In this document: positions 37,333 through 46,561 of the stretch, one piece after another
How positions within the stretch are numbered: position 1 is the stretch's first letter
Layout: the number at the start of each line of letters is the position of its first letter
DNA from: a virus
Taxonomy: Duplodnaviria; Caudoviricetes
Strand: one strand, 5' to 3'
DNA length: 64,000 nt
Virus record (IMG/VR): IMGVR_UViG_2933096044_000001
Location: 35,146-99,145 of that record
Notes under the pieces: generated by a model
What the model was told of the DNA's origin: nothing
What the model saw: the letters and a program-made list of their open reading frames with translations, nothing else
The model's database searches: none
Made by a program: the position numbers and the translations under genes

Positions 37333-38322
37333 TCACGCGCTCAGCTCCTCCGCCTCGCCGATGGCGAGCTGGTAGAGAGCGGAGCGGTCCAGGCGGGACG
37401 AACCCTGCGCGATGCGGATCAGCCGCTCGACCGCCTTCTCGTGCGCGGTCATCGGCAGGCCGAGCGCGGCGCAGTTGATGCGGTGGATGGCCGTGGCGAG
37501 CGGGATGTTCGCCGGCTGGCCGCCCTCGTTGGTCTGGACCTCGACGAGGTAGCCGGAGTGGCTCCAGTGGAAGATGCCGAGCCCGTTGATGACACCGCCG
37601 CTCCACACGTCGGGGTAGCGCTGAGCGAGCGTCTCCAGATGCGCGACCACCCGAATGGGGTCGGCGTCGAACGGGATGTACGCCTCGGCGAACGGGATTA
37701 CGCCTTCTTGCCTGCGTGGGGTGAGCATCGGGAACTGCGAGGTGATGTCCTGCCCATGACGGTCGCGTACGGAGATGCCCCACACCCGGCTTGTGTGGCC
37801 GGGAGGGAGGGCGGCACGGCGTGCGAGCTTCTTGCCGAGGCTGACCTCGAACCGATCGGCGTGGATTCGCTTCATCTCGCGGGGCCCGTCCGTGCTCATC
37901 CACGTCACCGTGTAGAGCGGCGAGAGCTCCGTCACGAACAGGGGGCGGGTGGGGCCCTCATTCGGGAGGACCTGGCCGTCGCCCTGTTCGAGGTCGAGTG
38001 AGACCTCGCACGGCAGGTCGTGGTAGTAGCCGAGGTAGGCGGCGAGCTGGTCGGCCAGGTGGTTGGCTGTGACGGCCGCTAGGACGATCGGGTTGGACAG
38101 GCACTCGGACTCGATCCGGTACACCGGGTCGTTCTCGATGTCCTTGGTGTGCCTGTTGATCATGCGGTCGGCGGCGGTGATGTCGCCGTCGAGCAGGCTG
38201 ATGAGGCGGGTGCGGGCGGCCACGCCGATGTCGCTGATGCGGTGCTCGACGACTGCCTGGACGAGGATTTCGAGGCGCTCGCCCGTGACACGTTGGACGG
38301 GTGTGTGGGTGGTGATGGTCAC
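37333..38322 (-). CDS. hypothetical protein, first gene of leftward early operon
   Basis: GTG after GGGAGAG. Confidence 0.55.
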   Translation of the reverse strand: MTITTHTPVQRVTGERLEILVQAVVEHRISDIGVAARTRLISLLDGDITAADRMINRHTKDIENDPVYRIESECLSNPIVLAAVTANHLADQLAAYLGYYHDLPCEVSLDLEQGDGQVLPNEGPTRPLFVTELSPLYTVTWMSTDGPREMKRIHADRFEVSLGKKLARRAALPPGHTSRVWGISVRDRHGQDITSQFPMLTPRRQEGVIPFAEAYIPFDADPIRVVAHLETLAQRYPDVWSGGVINGLGIFHWSHSGYLVEVQTNEGGQPANIPLATAIHRINCAALGLPMTAHEKAVERLIRIAQGSSRLDRSALYQLAIGEAEELSA

Positions 38323-38336
38323 TTCTCTCCCGGCTT

Positions 38337-38356
38337 CGATTGCGGTACCGCTGGCG
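38337..38356. promoter_or_regulatory. motif copy 7
   Basis: CGATTGCG GTAC CGCTGGCG. Confidence 0.75.
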
Positions 38357-38649
38357 ATATTGGCTACTTGCCTGTTGTGGTGGATCACCGTTGACGGCAC
38401 CTTTTGGCTGGTCAGTGCTCGTATTGATTTAGCTGTTGATCTTGATTCGGACAAGGCTGTCCGACTCCTTGAGCCTATCGCGATCATGTCCTACATGTCC
38501 ACTTTGTAATTACAGACGTGACATCGAGGACATTGGGAACTGTCATCAAGTCAGTGGAGCGTCATGAAAGTTGTGCGCTTCACACCTGGGCGGATCGGCA
38601 CTCAGGTTGGTACCGTTGCGACAAATACGCCACGAAGAAGGACGCCGTA

Positions 38650-39153
38650 GTGCCGAAGCCGCCACACCGACCCGCCGAAGTGGAACTTCTCCACCGCCTA
38701 CGCACACGGCAGGACGAACTCCTGCCTGAGATCCCTCTCAAGGCCGTCGCCGAGAAGATCGCCCAGACTGCTGGGTACAACTTCTACACCAACAAGGTGC
38801 GCCGCATCGAAAGCGGCGAGACCACTGCCAGCGATCTTGACTACGCCTGGTTTGCATGGGCGGTCGGAGCGTCTGTGAGCCAAGTTGAGGAGGTCGGCCG
38901 GCCCGAGGCCGCACGCCTGCTGCGCGAGATCATCGCCAAGAACTCCGCAACCGAGACGAAGCGGGCCAGCCTGGACCTATCCATCACCCCTGACCGATTC
39001 CAGGCCGAGCTGCAGGAGAAGCTACGGGAGATCCGCACTATGCCGGGCATCAGCGACGAGGACCGCGACCGCATGGAGGAAACCCTTCTCCAGCACCTCG
39101 ACCTGGTGCTACGAACCTATGACCAGCAGATTCACATGCTTCGTGCTCGCTGA
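38650..39153 (+). CDS. XRE-like HTH regulator (candidate repressor)
   Basis: L..LR...LKAVAEKI...VRRIESGE; divergent from early operon. Confidence 0.65.
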   Translation: MPKPPHRPAEVELLHRLRTRQDELLPEIPLKAVAEKIAQTAGYNFYTNKVRRIESGETTASDLDYAWFAWAVGASVSQVEEVGRPEAARLLREIIAKNSATETKRASLDLSITPDRFQAELQEKLREIRTMPGISDEDRDRMEETLLQHLDLVLRTYDQQIHMLRAR

Positions 39154-40125
39154 CTAATTCATCCAATTCCGAGCGGCATGGAAGATCAGCGCTGGCCGGG
39201 TATCCACTCCCGCCAGTTCTCGCATCCGCTTGACGCGGCGCAGGATGGTGCTCTTGCTGGTGCCCATCAGCCTGGCCATGCTGTCATCGGTCTGCCCGGA
39301 GATGATGTGCTGCAGGATGGCCATGTCCTGCTCGTCGATTTCGTCAGCCGCCGCAGGGCCGAAGCCGTTGTAGTCGGCCTCCAGCGGGGCGGCCTCCGCC
39401 CAGAGGTGCTCGAAAAGCACGATCATGCATTCGACCAGGGCACCACCCCTGATGAGCAGCGTGGACGACTGATCCGAGAAGCCGCGGGGAAAGCGCGGAA
39501 CCAGCGCCCTTTCTCTGTCCGCCACGATCAGCTTGAACGGCAGTTCCTTGGCGACACGCACGTCGGCGCCCAGCCTGATCGCGTTGTGCAGGCCAATCAC
39601 AGCAGGCTCGCTGTCAAGCACCGCCCGCTCGTACAGGAGCCGACGCCGAGGCTGGCGCACCGATCCGTCAGGGTTTCGGCGCGCCGGATCACCCGGGGCA
39701 TGCACAGCAGTCAGCGGCACGAACGGCCAGGTCACCAGTTGCAGCACCTCGCGGTGCGCGCTGAGCGACAGGTCGTCGAACGCTGCGGCCACACGCTGGC
39801 GAGACGTCAGAACCTCAACCGGTGCATTCGGGCCTCGCAATCCCACCGCCGTGCTGTCGAACAGGTCTCGCATCTCAGCGGCCTGGGCCTTCAGACTGGT
39901 CAGTTTGGACTCCGCGTTCGCCACCAGTGGGAGTAGGGCGTAGTCCGGGTGACGAGCGGTGGCCGGCTCTCCAACCACAAGGCCGACGTCTCGCAGCGTG
40001 GCAAGAGCATCGTCAGCGCCCGGCCCGCTGATACGTTCCAATTCGCTGCTCGGTGTGGGCCCGTGCTCCACGAGGTAGCGGTAGAGCTCTTCCCCGATTG
40101 CTCCGATTCCCAGGCCGGACTTCAA
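39154..40125 (-). CDS. TrmB-LuxR type transcriptional regulator
   Basis: N-terminal wHTH, LPFKLIVADR, C-terminal G.TD...AR..G.S..TI.RR. Confidence 0.85.
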   Translation of the reverse strand: MKSGLGIGAIGEELYRYLVEHGPTPSSELERISGPGADDALATLRDVGLVVGEPATARHPDYALLPLVANAESKLTSLKAQAAEMRDLFDSTAVGLRGPNAPVEVLTSRQRVAAAFDDLSLSAHREVLQLVTWPFVPLTAVHAPGDPARRNPDGSVRQPRRRLLYERAVLDSEPAVIGLHNAIRLGADVRVAKELPFKLIVADRERALVPRFPRGFSDQSSTLLIRGGALVECMIVLFEHLWAEAAPLEADYNGFGPAAADEIDEQDMAILQHIISGQTDDSMARLMGTSKSTILRRVKRMRELAGVDTRPALIFHAARNWMN

Positions 40126-40178
40126 CGTTCTGCTCCCTTTCGATCCCCGTGTTACTCGACACCTGCGACGTGCGGCGC

Positions 40179-40430
40179 TTACTCCCGTGTGAGGGTGGCT
40201 GCCCAGCGTGCGTGTTCTTGACCGGTGCGGTAGGCCCGGCGGTAGGTCTTCACAGCATGGGTGAGCGCGATGACCGTGGTCGTCGCCTGTACGGTGATGG
40301 CGATCCAGACGAGAACCACCAGAATCACGGCGTCAGAGGCGGCCGTGGCCGCCGCCGCAGCCACCGTGGCGGTGACAACGGCGACGGCAGCCGCGGCTGT
40401 ATGGCGTATGACGCTTGTGCCCAAGTTCAC
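40179..40430 (-). CDS. small membrane protein
   Basis: two hydrophobic segments; GTGA overlap. Confidence 0.45.
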   Translation of the reverse strand: MNLGTSVIRHTAAAAVAVVTATVAAAAATAASDAVILVVLVWIAITVQATTTVIALTHAVKTYRRAYRTGQEHARWAATLTRE

Positions 40431-40780
40431 CAGCCGCCAGTGTCGCTGTTCTGGGTGCTGTCCGGCTTCGTCGTCGTAGAGATGATCGTTGTCGTGGTCG
40501 TGGTGTCAGTAACAGTCTTAGTGGTGGTCTTGCTGCCGTCAGGGTGGCTTACCGTCTGCGTCGTCTCGGTGTGCGTCTGCACGGTGCCCGGCTTGACGGC
40601 CGGCATGGTGGCGGTCGCGCTGGGCTCCGGCGTGAAGCCAGTCTCCGGCGTGAAGCCAGTCTCCGTCGCGGTCGGCGTGGGCGTTCCTACAGGTTCAGCC
40701 TGAGCCGCCACTGAGAAGGAGACGGCGAGGAGCAGGGCGACGGCGAGGGCGGCCAGTATGGCGCGGAAGCGCTTGATCAT
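40427..40780 (-). CDS. secreted Thr-rich protein
   Basis: Sec signal ending AAQA; ETGFTP twice. Confidence 0.6.
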   Translation of the reverse strand: MIKRFRAILAALAVALLLAVSFSVAAQAEPVGTPTPTATETGFTPETGFTPEPSATATMPAVKPGTVQTHTETTQTVSHPDGSKTTTKTVTDTTTTTTIISTTTKPDSTQNSDTGGW

Positions 40781-41078
40781 GGGTGACTCTCTGTGGTGGT
40801 GTTCGGTGACATGGCGCGTGCGTCGTCGCCCCAGCAAACGGTTTCCCGCCGAGGGGCGTTACGCATTGTGCGCGCCGGGGGGAACTATGTAAATACCTGA
40901 ATACTGGCGTGTCCAGAATTATTGGTGACGTTTCGCAGCCATGACACCTTGTTGTCAGTCAACCGAGGACCGGCGGTAACGATCAAGCAACAGGGCAGCA
41001 TAGAGACGTTTCGCGACACAGTCATGACTCACTACGGTGACATGGCACGCATACGGAGTTGATCAGCGAAGGAACGCC

Positions 41079-41315
41079 ATGTCCGCACGACGACTCGCCC
41101 GGAACATCTCTGCTGTCGGCTGTGTCGCCTACGCTCTGCTCATCGTGGACCTAGCCCTTCAGGGCCTCGATCCGAAACTTACGGTGACCATGGCAGGGCT
41201 CGGCTTGATCGCCATCGCCGCTGCGGTCCTTCCAGGCCGTCCCGATGCTCAGGCGCCCCTTGCCTACGAGCGCGGGATCTACAGCGCTGCACGGCGCGCG
41301 GGACAGCGCCGCTAG
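41079..41315 (+). CDS. small membrane protein
   Basis: two TM, RBS present. Confidence 0.45.
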   Translation: MSARRLARNISAVGCVAYALLIVDLALQGLDPKLTVTMAGLGLIAIAAAVLPGRPDAQAPLAYERGIYSAARRAGQRR

Positions 41316-41506
41316 CTCACCAGCTCAGGAAGGTCGAATACGCCGCGTCGGACCCCGGCGAGCATCTCCACCCACTCGGGAATCGTGAACCACACCACCG
41401 GCTCCGCCGGTCGCTTGCTGTTGCGCACTTCAACGCGGCCAGCAACCAGCCGCGCTTCGAAGCAATCGCCCGACTCCGACGCGGTGATCCACTGGTCGCT
41501 CAGCAC
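41312..41506 (-). CDS. DUF397 protein
   Basis: W...S.S..C.E......V.VRNSK.P......F...EW..ML..VR.G. Confidence 0.85.
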   Translation of the reverse strand: MLSDQWITASESGDCFEARLVAGRVEVRNSKRPAEPVVWFTIPEWVEMLAGVRRGVFDLPELVS

Positions 41507-42348
41507 ACAAGGCCCTTCCGTACAGCCATGATGAGGCCCGCGGACTGATCAGCGGGCAAGGCCCGCTCAAGGAAGTAGCCGAAGCGCTTCTTGAACTCGA
41601 CGACTCGCGGACCTTGGTCGATTATGCCCGCGGTGCCCGCCTCCAAGAACAGCACCTCCCCCAGTTTCGGCAGGGTAAGCACTACAAATCCGCTTGACAG
41701 GCCGACTGCTCGTTCCTGCGGGATGACCTGGATGGTGACGTTCGGCCGGTGCATGTCGAGCGCCAGCTTGTCGAGCTGCGCGGCCATCACTTCCGGTCCG
41801 CCGACCTGCTGGTGCAGCGCCTGCTCGCCGATGAGCGCATGTAAGTGGACTGGGTCATCGCAGTAAGTGATCCACTGGCGGGCGAGGCGCGCTCGGACCT
41901 TGAGTGTCAGCAGCTTCTCGTCTGGTTCGATCATGCCTGCGGCGATGACGGCTCGCGCGTATGCCTCAGTCTGGAGTTGACCCGGGATCAGTAGGGGGTG
42001 CCAGTGGCGAATCAGTGATGCCTCGGTCTCCCAGACCACGAAGTCAACGAGGGCCCCCAAACCGCGCTTGTGCTCCTCCCATGGCGGCCTGGTGCGTCCA
42101 GCTCGTAGAAGGTGCTGGCATTCGGAGCGAACGACGGCGTCCACGTTGTAGAGGTCGAGGAGGCGGGTGAGCTCGCCGGCCGTGGCGTAGCTGTTGACGC
42201 CACGTTCAAGACGGGAGACTTTGGATGGGCTCCACTGCAGGCTGTCGGCGACTTGATTGCAGGTGAGGCCAGCGGCGTCCCGCAGGCCGATCAGCTTGCG
42301 GCCCAACATCATAAGCCGCAGCGGCGGGCTGATACGCGACTCAGACAT
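41500..42348 (-). CDS. XRE-HTH plus DUF5753 regulator (Scr1/WhiJ-like)
   Basis: LG..L..LR..AGLT...SKVSRLE.G; IPGQLQTEAYARA; VGG..VM..QL. Confidence 0.9.
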   Translation of the reverse strand: MSESRISPPLRLMMLGRKLIGLRDAAGLTCNQVADSLQWSPSKVSRLERGVNSYATAGELTRLLDLYNVDAVVRSECQHLLRAGRTRPPWEEHKRGLGALVDFVVWETEASLIRHWHPLLIPGQLQTEAYARAVIAAGMIEPDEKLLTLKVRARLARQWITYCDDPVHLHALIGEQALHQQVGGPEVMAAQLDKLALDMHRPNVTIQVIPQERAVGLSSGFVVLTLPKLGEVLFLEAGTAGIIDQGPRVVEFKKRFGYFLERALPADQSAGLIMAVRKGLVC

Positions 42349-42425
42349 GGTGAAGATTCTTCCAGGCCACCAGCCCGAGAAGGATTCTGTTTCACTTACA
42401 TATTCAGCGGCAGATCAGTGCACCG

Positions 42426-43127
42426 TTAGTCCTGTTTGAGAGCGAACGTCCCTTTATTGGGAAGGGTGTTCACCAAGCCGTGATCCCTCAGCCGCTCAAG
42501 AGCGGCCCGCACCACTTTGCGTGTCACGCCGAACTCCTCAGCGAGCGCTGTCTCTCCTGGTAGAGCCTCCCCTGGCCGGTAGCGGCCTTGACGAATCCGG
42601 GAGGCGATTTCCCGGGAGATCGCTTCTCCCTTGGTCGGCTCTCGCCGCACCTGGATGCCTTCCGGCCCGACGAATCTGCCGAGCCGGCCCCGCGAGTGGA
42701 TGAGTCCTTCCTCCCGCAGCTCCCGCAGCGCCGCCCGGATCGCTGGCGACGACAGGTTGTACATGGCCATCAGCTCCGGCTCCTTGGGGAGCTGGTCACC
42801 CTCCTTCAGCCGTCCCTCGGCGATGCCGTCGCGAATGTCCTGCAACATTCGATCAGTCAGGGACATGGGGGGCTGCTGCTGTCCGGGCCTGGCGACAAAG
42901 CTCCCGCTGCCGTGCACGGTGACGATCAGGCCCCACTGGCGTAGACGGTCCAGGCCAGAGCGCACAGCAGCGCGGCCAACACCGTACGCGGCCTGTAGGT
43001 CCGGCTCGGCCGGAAGCTGGTCCCCGTGCTTGAGCCGGCCCGCCTTGATGTCGGCCAGCACGCCGGCGGCGACTCGCTCGCCGGGGGTGAGGGTCTGGAC
43101 TTCGGGGCCGTCTAGGGGTGCGGTCAC
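42426..43127 (-). CDS. triple GntR winged-helix protein
   Basis: three repeats of I..G....G..LP.E..L...Y/F.V....R..L..L...GL. Confidence 0.85.
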   Translation of the reverse strand: MTAPLDGPEVQTLTPGERVAAGVLADIKAGRLKHGDQLPAEPDLQAAYGVGRAAVRSGLDRLRQWGLIVTVHGSGSFVARPGQQQPPMSLTDRMLQDIRDGIAEGRLKEGDQLPKEPELMAMYNLSSPAIRAALRELREEGLIHSRGRLGRFVGPEGIQVRREPTKGEAISREIASRIRQGRYRPGEALPGETALAEEFGVTRKVVRAALERLRDHGLVNTLPNKGTFALKQD

Positions 43128-43219
43128 GCGACCACCGTACCCGCCGCCCCGACAACTAGTACACCTATCGGTACCGTGGGACTGGCGAGCTTGTGAAGTG
43201 GCCGCGCCGTGCGGAGACG

Positions 43220-43257
43220 ACGAAGGCCCTGATCCGGTTGCGCATCAGGGCCTTCGT
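43220..43257. terminator. 14-bp hairpin terminator
   Basis: ACGAAGGCCCTGAT-N10-ATCAGGGCCTTCGT. Confidence 0.65.
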
Positions 43258-43291
43258 GTGTGAGAAACGGCCAACGACCGTGATGAACAGG

Positions 43292-43762
43292 CTAGCCGAT
43301 CGGCCTCGCGTTCGGTCGGCGCCGGGACATGATGGGGGCCTCGTCCGCTTCAATGGTGAACACGGCCAGATAGCCGCCGTCGCTTTCGTCTACGAGCACC
43401 GCCGTGTAGTCGAGGCCGCACGGCTGGCACCGCACCGCGAACTCCAGCATCGGGTCCGCTTTCAGGTGCGCCCAGCGCGAGCAGCACGGCATCTCCGACC
43501 ACACCGTTCCGCCGCGAGCCAGCGCGGTGTACCGCCGTACGATGACACCCTCGACGAGTTCCCGACTCGCCATGGTGTGTGTGGGGCCGAACACGGTCGC
43601 CCGAGGCCGCTCCTCGGACATCGTCTTGAGGACGATGTCGTACCCGTAGCCGAAGATGACATCTTCCATCTGGCCAACGAGTTGCTCAGCGTGCTCAGGC
43701 TGAAGCGCGAGCTGCCCGGGGTCGGTCAGCAGCTCGATCAGCTTGGCCCGGTACAGCCTCAC
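43292..43762 (-). CDS. hypothetical protein (Cys-containing)
   Basis: intact ORF. Confidence 0.5.
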   Translation of the reverse strand: MRLYRAKLIELLTDPGQLALQPEHAEQLVGQMEDVIFGYGYDIVLKTMSEERPRATVFGPTHTMASRELVEGVIVRRYTALARGGTVWSEMPCCSRWAHLKADPMLEFAVRCQPCGLDYTAVLVDESDGGYLAVFTIEADEAPIMSRRRPNARPIG

Positions 43763-44091
43763 GGCTGCTCCGGCTGGTAGGCGATCTCGTCACGGATCGC
43801 CGCCTTCCAGGCGTCCACGTCGATCGTGTCCAGCTCGAAGAGGATGACGGACAGCTTCTGCTCCCATTCCTGCACGCGGGTCCGCTGGGAGTCGGGGACG
43901 GGGTAGGCGGACGGGCCGCTCAGTTGGCCGCGCAGCGTGTCGAGGGCGGTCGCGACGCGGGAACGGCAGGTCTTGATCTCCGTGCCGGCGTGGATCATCG
44001 CGTCCCACGGGCGGCGCCGCCGGTGGAAGGCGCTCTGGTCCTCGTCGGGCTGCTGCTGCTCGGGCAGTAGGCTGCGGGTCTTGTCAGGCAT
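43759..44091 (-). CDS. hypothetical protein
   Basis: coupled ORF. Confidence 0.5.
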   Translation of the reverse strand: MPDKTRSLLPEQQQPDEDQSAFHRRRRPWDAMIHAGTEIKTCRSRVATALDTLRGQLSGPSAYPVPDSQRTRVQEWEQKLSVILFELDTIDVDAWKAAIRDEIAYQPEQP

Positions 44092-44356
44092 GGTTGTCTC
44101 CCTGCAGATACGTGATGAGGCGGTTGGCCCATTCCTTTGGGATCTGGGCGCGGGATTCGGCTAGTAGCCGGGTCTGGTCCACCCGAATCGGCGCGAGTTG
44201 CTCCGACAGGAATACGGACCGCTCGCGGATCTCCATCAGCCGGTCCAGGGCCGGGTCCCACCGGCCGCCCTCGACCGTCGTGAGGAAGCGCCCAAGCGTC
44301 TCGATGAGGACGGCCAGGTGCTTGGCGGCTGTCGCCTGGCGGTTCTCTGTGCTCAT
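44084..44356 (-). CDS. hypothetical protein
   Basis: coupled ORF. Confidence 0.5.
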   Translation of the reverse strand: MSTENRQATAAKHLAVLIETLGRFLTTVEGGRWDPALDRLMEIRERSVFLSEQLAPIRVDQTRLLAESRAQIPKEWANRLITYLQGDNHA

Positions 44357-44787
44357 CGGCAGCAGTCGCTTTCCTCACAGCCGTATCGCTCGCACCGCTG
44401 GTGCTGGCAGTCCGGGCCGTGGGTGCAGGTGGGCGGGTCGGCCACGGCGGCCGGGGCCGGCACCGGGTCCTGGGGCTGGGCCGCGGTCTCTTGCGGCACT
44501 TCGACCGGTTCAGCGGCTACGGGTGTGGGCGCCTCCGTCGGGGCTGTGTTCGCACGCAGGCGCAGCATCGCGTGCCCGACCGCGCCCACGGGGCCTCGGT
44601 GCTGGCCGCCTGCCCGGATGTACTCCTCGGCGGCGGTGCGCATGAAGTCATAGCGCAGGTTGCCGTCGGCGTCGACGAACTCCTCGTCGGGCATGTCGGG
44701 CATGTTCGCGGCCATCTTCTTGATGATGGTGTCGGCCGTGAGCTCGTTCACGGCTTCCTGGTAGTGCGTGGGCAGTCGGGGGTTCAT
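44353..44787 (-). CDS. hypothetical protein with Cys-rich tail
   Basis: start MNPRL, TGATG overlap. Confidence 0.5.
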   Translation of the reverse strand: MNPRLPTHYQEAVNELTADTIIKKMAANMPDMPDEEFVDADGNLRYDFMRTAAEEYIRAGGQHRGPVGAVGHAMLRLRANTAPTEAPTPVAAEPVEVPQETAAQPQDPVPAPAAVADPPTCTHGPDCQHQRCERYGCEESDCCR

Positions 44788-44998
44788 CAGTTCTCTTCCT
44801 GGGTGAGGGCCGCGGCCAGGGAGCGCTTCAGCTTCTCGGCCTGGTCGAGGGTCATTTCGGTGAGGCTGCCGTCGAGGGTCCGGTCGCCGGGCAGCGGATC
44901 GATGTAGATCGTGTCGCCGTCGTCGGGTCGGATACAGCGACGGGGCTTCCTGCGACGGTGTACTCGAAGGGGTCGCAGTGGAACGCTTGCACGCGCAT
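44787..44998 (-). pseudogene. small gene with probable 1-bp deletion near 44925
   Basis: ATG with RBS at 44998; GC3-rich frame switches at VSD/PDDG. Confidence 0.45.
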
Positions 44999-45010
44999 GT
45001 CCGTTTCCTG

Positions 45011-45391
45011 TCAGCGGATGTCGCCGCCTGATAGGCGGATCTGCCTCTCCTCTTCGGCGGTGAGGAGGTGGGCGGGCAGCGTTGCGACGTCTTCTTGGGT
45101 GGCGCGGTGGATGCGGTGCCAGCCGTCGATGGTGAGGTAGCCAGCGAAGGACTCTCCGGGCTTCTTGGGATCGTGTACGGCAACGACCAGGACCGGCTTG
45201 TTGAGGTCCACGGTGGCGGCGTGTGCCTGGTTGATGACGATCACAGGCAGCCACTTGGCGGCGTCCGCGACTCCGATGGTGGCGTTGGGTTCGCGGCCTT
45301 CGACGAGGGCGAGGGCGGCGGTGATGTCCCATTGGTAGGCCAGCATGCTGAAGATCTCGCGGCATGGCTGGTCTGCTACGGCGTTACTCAT
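45011..45391 (-). CDS. ParB/Srx-like protein
   Basis: DL.KPVLV...TIDGWHRI. Confidence 0.65.
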   Translation of the reverse strand: MSNAVADQPCREIFSMLAYQWDITAALALVEGREPNATIGVADAAKWLPVIVINQAHAATVDLNKPVLVVAVHDPKKPGESFAGYLTIDGWHRIHRATQEDVATLPAHLLTAEEERQIRLSGGDIR

Positions 45392-45401
45392 CTTGTCCTT
45401 T

Positions 45402-45421
45402 CGACTGCGGTTCCGCTGGCG
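45402..45421. promoter_or_regulatory. motif copy 8
   Basis: CGACTGCG GTTC CGCTGGCG. Confidence 0.75.
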
Positions 45422-45572
45422 CTTGGTGATTCGTGCCTGTGCGGTGCTGTGGTGGTCGGAGGAGGGCTTTCATGCCCCTCTTGATGCTAGCGGACCATCG
45501 GACGTCTCTATACCTATAGGGAACAGCTCAGAGATTCATGAATCGGACAAATCGGACACGAGGAGTGTGTTA

Positions 45573-46481
45573 ATGAGGCGGCAGCCCAATACGCTGAGAC
45601 ACAGCAAGCAACCCGCCCCGCCACCACTGGAGCGCGCACCCATGCCTCGCAAGCAGTCCGATCCACGGTCGGCCCCACTCGTCGAGCCCAGCAGTTCGCC
45701 AGCGGCAGCGCTGGCAGGGCGCACCAATAGGCCACTCCGCGTCCGCGAGGCCCAGTGGACCAACTTGCACAGCACGACCGCCCGCCTCGACCAGGACACC
45801 GACAACCGCCTCACGGCCTCCGTACAACGCACAGGCAAGGGCGTCCAAGACATTTGGGAAGCGGCGATCAACCTCCTTGCCGACCAGAACGGCGTCCGCA
45901 AGGAGATGCCTGCCGGCGCGGACCTGGCGCTTCCGCAACCCATTGAGCGACGTACCCTCGACGAGGGCACCGTGAAGGCGACTGTGCGTCTCACGAGGAA
46001 CACGAGAGCGCGACTCGTCGCCACGGCGTCACGGCTCGGCTTGGGTGGCAGTGAAGCCGTCGTCGAGGCGCTCAACGTCTGGTTCGACGAGCAAGGCACC
46101 CCTGGCGAACATGCTGTCCCGATACGGCGAGCAACAAGATACGTCACCAAAGTCATGATTAGCGAGGAGACGAGCGAGCGGCTAAAACGCGAGCTACAGC
46201 GCCTGCAGATGACTACCCAAAGCGTCGTAGAAGAGTCGATCAACAGGTATGCCTCTCAGCACGGGGTGCCCGAGACGATGCCCGCGGGCTCCCCTTTGGC
46301 TCTGCCGAAGCCGGGAAGGGCGAGTGCGCACCGCGGGACGGTGCCCACGATTGCGCGGTTGACGGAGAACACGAGGGCTCGCCTGGTCGCGGTGTGTGTG
46401 CAGCAGTCGCGGACAGCCGCCGAGGTGATCAACGAGGCCCTCAGCGAATTTTGTGATCAGCACGGGATGTCTGATGGTTGA
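45573..46481 (+). CDS. four-ribbon-helix-helix DNA-binding protein (start 45573 or 45642)
   Basis: four beta-alpha-alpha units in an (AB)2 arrangement. Confidence 0.7.
   Translation: MRRQPNTLRHSKQPAPPPLERAPMPRKQSDPRSAPLVEPSSSPAAALAGRTNRPLRVREAQWTNLHSTTARLDQDTDNRLTASVQRTGKGVQDIWEAAINLLADQNGVRKEMPAGADLALPQPIERRTLDEGTVKATVRLTRNTRARLVATASRLGLGGSEAVVEALNVWFDEQGTPGEHAVPIRRATRYVTKVMISEETSERLKRELQRLQMTTQSVVEESINRYASQHGVPETMPAGSPLALPKPGRASAHRGTVPTIARLTENTRARLVAVCVQQSRTAAEVINEALSEFCDQHGMSDG
45697..45716. promoter_or_regulatory. motif copy 9 (inside 5' end of four-RHH gene)
   Basis: CGCCAGCG GCAG CGCTGGCA. Confidence 0.65.
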
Positions 46482-46561
46482 TCACAAACTGTAGAGTGTT
46501 CCACAGGATGCAGAGGGCGCCATCAGACACGAGACCGCCCTCTGCCAGCTTGAGACAGAAT

